From NCBI GenBank assembly GCA_037447605.1, contig CM074811.1, positions 558,001-622,000 of the forward strand: a stretch of 64,000 nt of DNA. The letters are read 5' to 3'. Shown one piece after another: positions 59,633 through 64,000 of the stretch. A program made the translations under genes and the position numbers. The first letter of the stretch is position 1; the number at the start of each line of letters is the position of its first letter. Source of the DNA: Zygnema circumcarinatum SAG 698-1b (Eukaryota; Plantae; Zygnematophyceae). The notes under the pieces were generated by a model. The model saw nothing but the letters and a program-made list of their open reading frames with translations. It had not been told where the DNA came from and ran no database searches.

Positions 59633-62600
59633 ATGGATGTGCGCAGGATTCCCCGGCGGCTGAGTCCGGCAGATATTGCTGACGTGGACCCACTGGTGAG
59701 TTTCCTTGTGGAGACTGGGATAGGGTGGGGGAGAGGGAGAAAGTGGGGGAGAGGGAGAGAGTGGGGGAGAGGGAGAGAGTGGAGAAAAGAGAGAGACTGG
59801 GGGAGAGGGAGAGAGTGGCGAAGAGGGAGAGAGTGGGAGAGAGGGACAGGAAGGGGGAAGGGGAGGGAAGGGTGCGGAAGAAGAGAGCAGGGGTAAAAGG
59901 AGAGGCATGGAAGAGGAATGTGGGAGGGGAAGGAAGGAGTCAGAGAGGGAGTGGGAGGGGGGACGGGAGGAAGGGGAGAAAGGGCGAGGTTCTGGGGGAA
60001 GGGAGAGGAATGGAAGAGAGAGGAAGTGGGGGGGGGGGGGGGCGCGGTCCAATGACGATCCAATCACGCCTGAAAAAAAGTATGTACGTGTTGAGTCGCC
60101 ATTGGAAGATGCTCGACGAGAGGTCGGAACCGAGAGTGGCCCTTAGAAACTTAACCCTTTTCCTTTACGATTTAAATCGGCGCTCCCCACAAATGCCACT
60201 AGCTGCCCCCCCACCATTTTGGAGGGGTATTGGTACTATATAGAAGTATATAAATGAGGACTTTGAGCTTTTGTTTTATGCTGAGGATTGAGCTTTGGAC
60301 CTCTAGAGCAGCGGCAGGACAGAAAATACTAAATAAAGAAAGAAATAAAAGTGAAACTAAGCTGATGGGGAAAGGGAGAAACTTGACTAGTGTTGTCTCC
60401 TGCGCTCTCTCACACCCGCAGGCAAGTGTAGATGCCTGGCCTCATCTTAAGGAGCTTGCCATCTGTCACCGAGCGGATTATGTGTTTGTGGAGAGCAAAT
60501 ATGGTCGCTTTGAAAGAATAATGCCGCCAGCTGTTGAGGCAGAAGTGCTGGAAAGCCCAGAGGCTGATTATGCTCCTGAAGGTGACAGCCTCTCAGATTA
60601 CCACTCCTCATTCGCCTCTTCTCCTTTTGATTGTAGAGAGGAGGTGACCTATTCTTTTCAGAAAGCAAGGGAATGTCTATTCATGCAGAGCTTCTCTGTG
60701 TGAGGCTAGAGCTGTTTTTGCGTCCATTTCCTTGAATATCTGTTTTCATGGTTTGCAGGGATGAGTTTGAATGGGAACCGGGAGTCAAACGACGAGGCAA
60801 TGGTGGACAGTTCTCAAAGAGATTTGGTGATAAATCACTTTCAAATAAATCAGTCACTGCTCTTGTCTCTCTTTAACGTTACCCCTTCCTCTTGCATCTT
60901 CTCCCGCTCGTCTCCCTCCTCACTCTCCACTCCACCCTCTTCTACTCCCTCCTCACTCTCCACCCTCTTCTACTCCCTCCGCCCTGTCCTCTACTTCCTT
61001 CTATCAATTCCACAACTCCAGGGCTAACTGTCGTTAATGCATTTATTACGCAATCGCAACACTTTATACCCTGACTAGCCAAAAGTTTTGCAATCAAACG
61101 CACGAGGCATGCCAAACGAGAAATTCTGAACATTTTTATCAATTTTTCTTGAATATAGGAATTCAGATGCTCCACATGATGGCTAAACCGTAAGTTGTAG
61201 TTAATTTAGATGTCAGCGTACATCAAAACTTACCATCTACTTTCCATTTCCAAGCTCTCGTTCACCATGGCCCAATAATGCATGAAACCAACACTTCATC
61301 GCTGAATGAATGAATGAATTTCATATACTGAACGCATGTTTGGAATGGTTTAATGTATGGGACGTTCGCAGCATTATGCGGCTTCCCCCATTATGGCCTA
61401 TGACCCCATGTTTAATTGGGAGCTGGAGAGAGCTTCAGTTCCGGGGCAGCGCATGCCTGGCCCTGTGGATGTCAGTTCACCTCCGTAAGTGTTATTTACA
61501 ACAATACCACATGTAGACAATATTCTGACACCATGCATTCATGCGTACATGTATATGATGGATGTGTTTCTGCCCCTTCCATGTCCCTTTTCCCACTCTA
61601 TCTCACTCTTCCTCCTCTCACTGGCACTCGCTTTCCCCCTCTCGCCATCTCATCCCCCTCTCTCCCTCTCCCCGCTTATCTTTTCATGCGTCCCTCTTGT
61701 CCTTGCCTTCCTCTACTCTCTCTGTTCTCCTTTCCCTCCCCGTCCCCTGCTCTCCCTCGTCCCATAATCCCCGCTCTCATCCCTCTTATTCTTCCTTTTT
61801 CTCTCCCTCTTGCTCTTCCATCTTTGTCTTCTTTCGTCTCTCTCTCACGCGTCACTTCCCAAATTTCCCCTTCCCAAAAGGCATTAAGTCATCTTCTGTG
61901 ACTGACGTTTTGTGATTTTTGACACGATTACTTCGGTATGCGTGCTTCAGAGGCATGAGATTTTCCGTACGTATTTTATCAATGACGATTTTGGCGGGAT
62001 TAGTGGAGCCTTTGTACGGCACCATCTGTCTATATCATAGTGAGCGGAAGGAAAAACTTTCGGAGGATTTCCACTTTCAGTTCCTTCCTCTAGAATGGGC
62101 TGGGGTAAGTGTGTCCCACTCTACGGCAGCCTCTCTCCCTGCCCCTCTCCCTCCCCAACTTTCCTCTCTCGTCCTTCTCCCTTATTCTCCCTCTCCCCTC
62201 CTCCTCGCCGCCCTCTCTCCCGCGCTCCCAACCCTTCACCCGCCCGTCCCATCCTTTCCCCCCTTTTTTCTCTTCCCCTTCCTCTCCTCTCAACTCCGCT
62301 CCCTCTCCTCGTCCCCCACCTCTCAGTTCCCTTTTTCCTTCTCCCAATTCCCTTCCCCATCGCCCCCTTTCCCGCTCCCCTCCCATCCCGTTCTGTCCCC
62401 TCTCTTCCTAGCCTCCCTTTCCCTGTTCTCCCTCTCCCTCTTCCTTTCTCTCGTTTGCCGTCTCCCATCCTCTGTCCCCCCTTCATCCTTCTCTCTCTCA
62501 GTCTGCCTTTCTTTCCTTTCTTTTCTTTCCCTTTTTTTTTCTTTCTTTCCTTTGCCTTGCTTCCGTCTGCTCGCAGGAGAGCACAGGTCCGGAAGAGAGG

Positions 62601-63849
62601 GCGACTTTCTCCCTTGGGGCACAATCTCCCGCTGTGTGCCTATTGGTCCAGCTGGAAAAACCAGCAACTGAGGAATCAGCAAGCGGCGTAAAATCGAATG
62701 TGTACTCGAGGAGAGATCCGGTAACACCTTAAAGACCAATCTACAGCAGTTAAGCATAACCCAAATGCAGCTGCTTCTGCACATCTTTGATCAGAAGAGT
62801 TTACATCTCAAACTGAACAAACTTGAATCCAACCCGAATAACATTTCAACTCAATAACCCATCATTGTTGTGAGCCTGCCCCCTGCAGCCCATCTTGTCA
62901 GAGAAGGAGGCAGATCATCTCCAGAGATGGGCCCAAATGATGCCTTTTAGAGAGTCCTTTGCTTGGATAACTATACCCTTATTTGACTCCACTGTCACTG
63001 GAGGAGTGGGAGGTTTTGGGACCCCGGAACCACTAGGACCTCCTTCAGGAAATCGGTCCGGTACAGCCACTCCCGGAACGCCGCCAAGTGTTACTTCCTT
63101 CACTGCAGAAGAATTCTCGATGAACTCCCAATATGATTTTGGGGGGCCTCCAGTTCTGGTCGACATTCCACATCTCAACAGAGTGAAGGACGGATATACA
63201 GAGGATCAGGTGCTGGTAAGTGGGTTGATTCTATCTCTCTGCTCTTTTAGAAGTTTCAGTATTTCGGGAAATTTTTTGAAGTATAAACAATGGGAGTTAC
63301 TTTCATGGTCACGGAGCTGTTACGAGAGGGAGCGAGAGCGAGAGCGAGAGCGATAGGAGGAGGAGAGAGAGGGATGAAGAGGAATGGGACAGATGGAGCG
63401 ATGGGAGGGGAACGGAGTGAACTGGGAGGATGGGAGAGAGAGGTGGGTAGAGGAAGGTGAGCGGGCCGAGAGGTAGAAGACAGGTCTGCTTCTCTTCTAC
63501 CTTTACTCTTCGTCCTTCCCCTTTTCCCTGCCTGTCCTACCTCCCTCACCTTCTTTTTCTCTTATCGCTTTCTCATTCTTCCTTTTTCACAATGCAGGAC
63601 CCAAAGCGGAAAATTCATAAGCCTGTTCGAGCAACTATGAGGTTTGAGATTGAACGTCTTCCCCAAGAACCCATTTTTTCTGGGCTGCCCCCAACACTGA
63701 ATGGCCTGCGAACTCCCCGGACTCCCAAAACCCCAAATCTTTTAAAGCGAGAGTATTCCATGGACCTCGCTGGAATAGACTTCGATGGAGTCGACTACGG
63801 CTTAGAGGCTGGCGAGCTAACCTTCAGCAACATTGTGGACTATGATGGG
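59633..63849 (+). CDS. SPK1: SPIKE1 (DOCK-family ROP guanine exchange factor), 5' part; the gene continues beyond the window
   Basis: Exons 59633-59695, 60422-60699, 60759-60826, 61159-61189 (tentative micro-exon that restores phase), 61951-62104, 62577-62720, 62889-63215, 63598-63849. Motifs RRIPRR...DPL, WPHLKEL, GLVEPLYGTICLY..ERKEKLSEDFHF, VCLLVQLEKPATEE, MPFRESFAW..IPLFD, LNRVKDGYTED, DPKRKIHKPV. Confidence 0.92.
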
Positions 63850-64000
63850 GTAAGAATGGAATTTAAACCTATAAATGAACTAAAAGGACAAGCCTCTCGC
63901 CCCTCTCCCTCCCCCTCTTTCTCTCTCTCACTCTCTCCCTCTCTCTCCCTCCCTCCCTAAACTCTGTTGTTGACTGTCAAGACTCCAGCTTTCGTTAGCT

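Overview
Eukaryotic nuclear DNA from a plant-lineage (streptophyte) genome, most likely a streptophyte alga. This is inferred from land-plant-type RUNKEL, SPIKE1, PA200 and mitochondrial PNPase genes occurring together with an iota-like GST, and from introns packed with GA/CT and GGGA low-complexity tracts. There are three 10-N scaffold gaps. By reading splice sites and checking exon phases by hand I reconstructed these genes: a 5' exon with a mitochondrial-type presequence (-, runs off the left edge); a GT14/Core-2-I-branching glycosyltransferase (-, 5 exons); an iota-like CPYC glutathione transferase (-, 4 exons); PA200/PSME4 (+, 32 exons); RUNKEL/ULK4 (-, 10 exons); a 12-exon, 560-aa single-pass membrane protein with a Venus-flytrap (ANF-receptor/LIVBP) ectodomain (-); mitochondrial PNPase (-, 18 exons); and the 5' part of SPIKE1/DOCK (+, runs off the right edge). 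Non-coding parts hold a CACTA-ended fold-back element nested in an array of 17-bp palindromes, several MITE-like elements and many microsatellites. The best candidate for an undescribed system is the Venus-flytrap receptor-like protein at 41970-46669. It has a signal peptide, a class-C-GPCR/natriuretic-receptor-like ligand domain that keeps the amino-acid-binding residues, a Thr/Ala/Pro stalk, one TM helix and only a ~14-residue tail, with no channel, 7TM, kinase or cyclase module. The ORF track shows it only as scattered fragments. Family assignments rest on recalled motifs; no database search was run.
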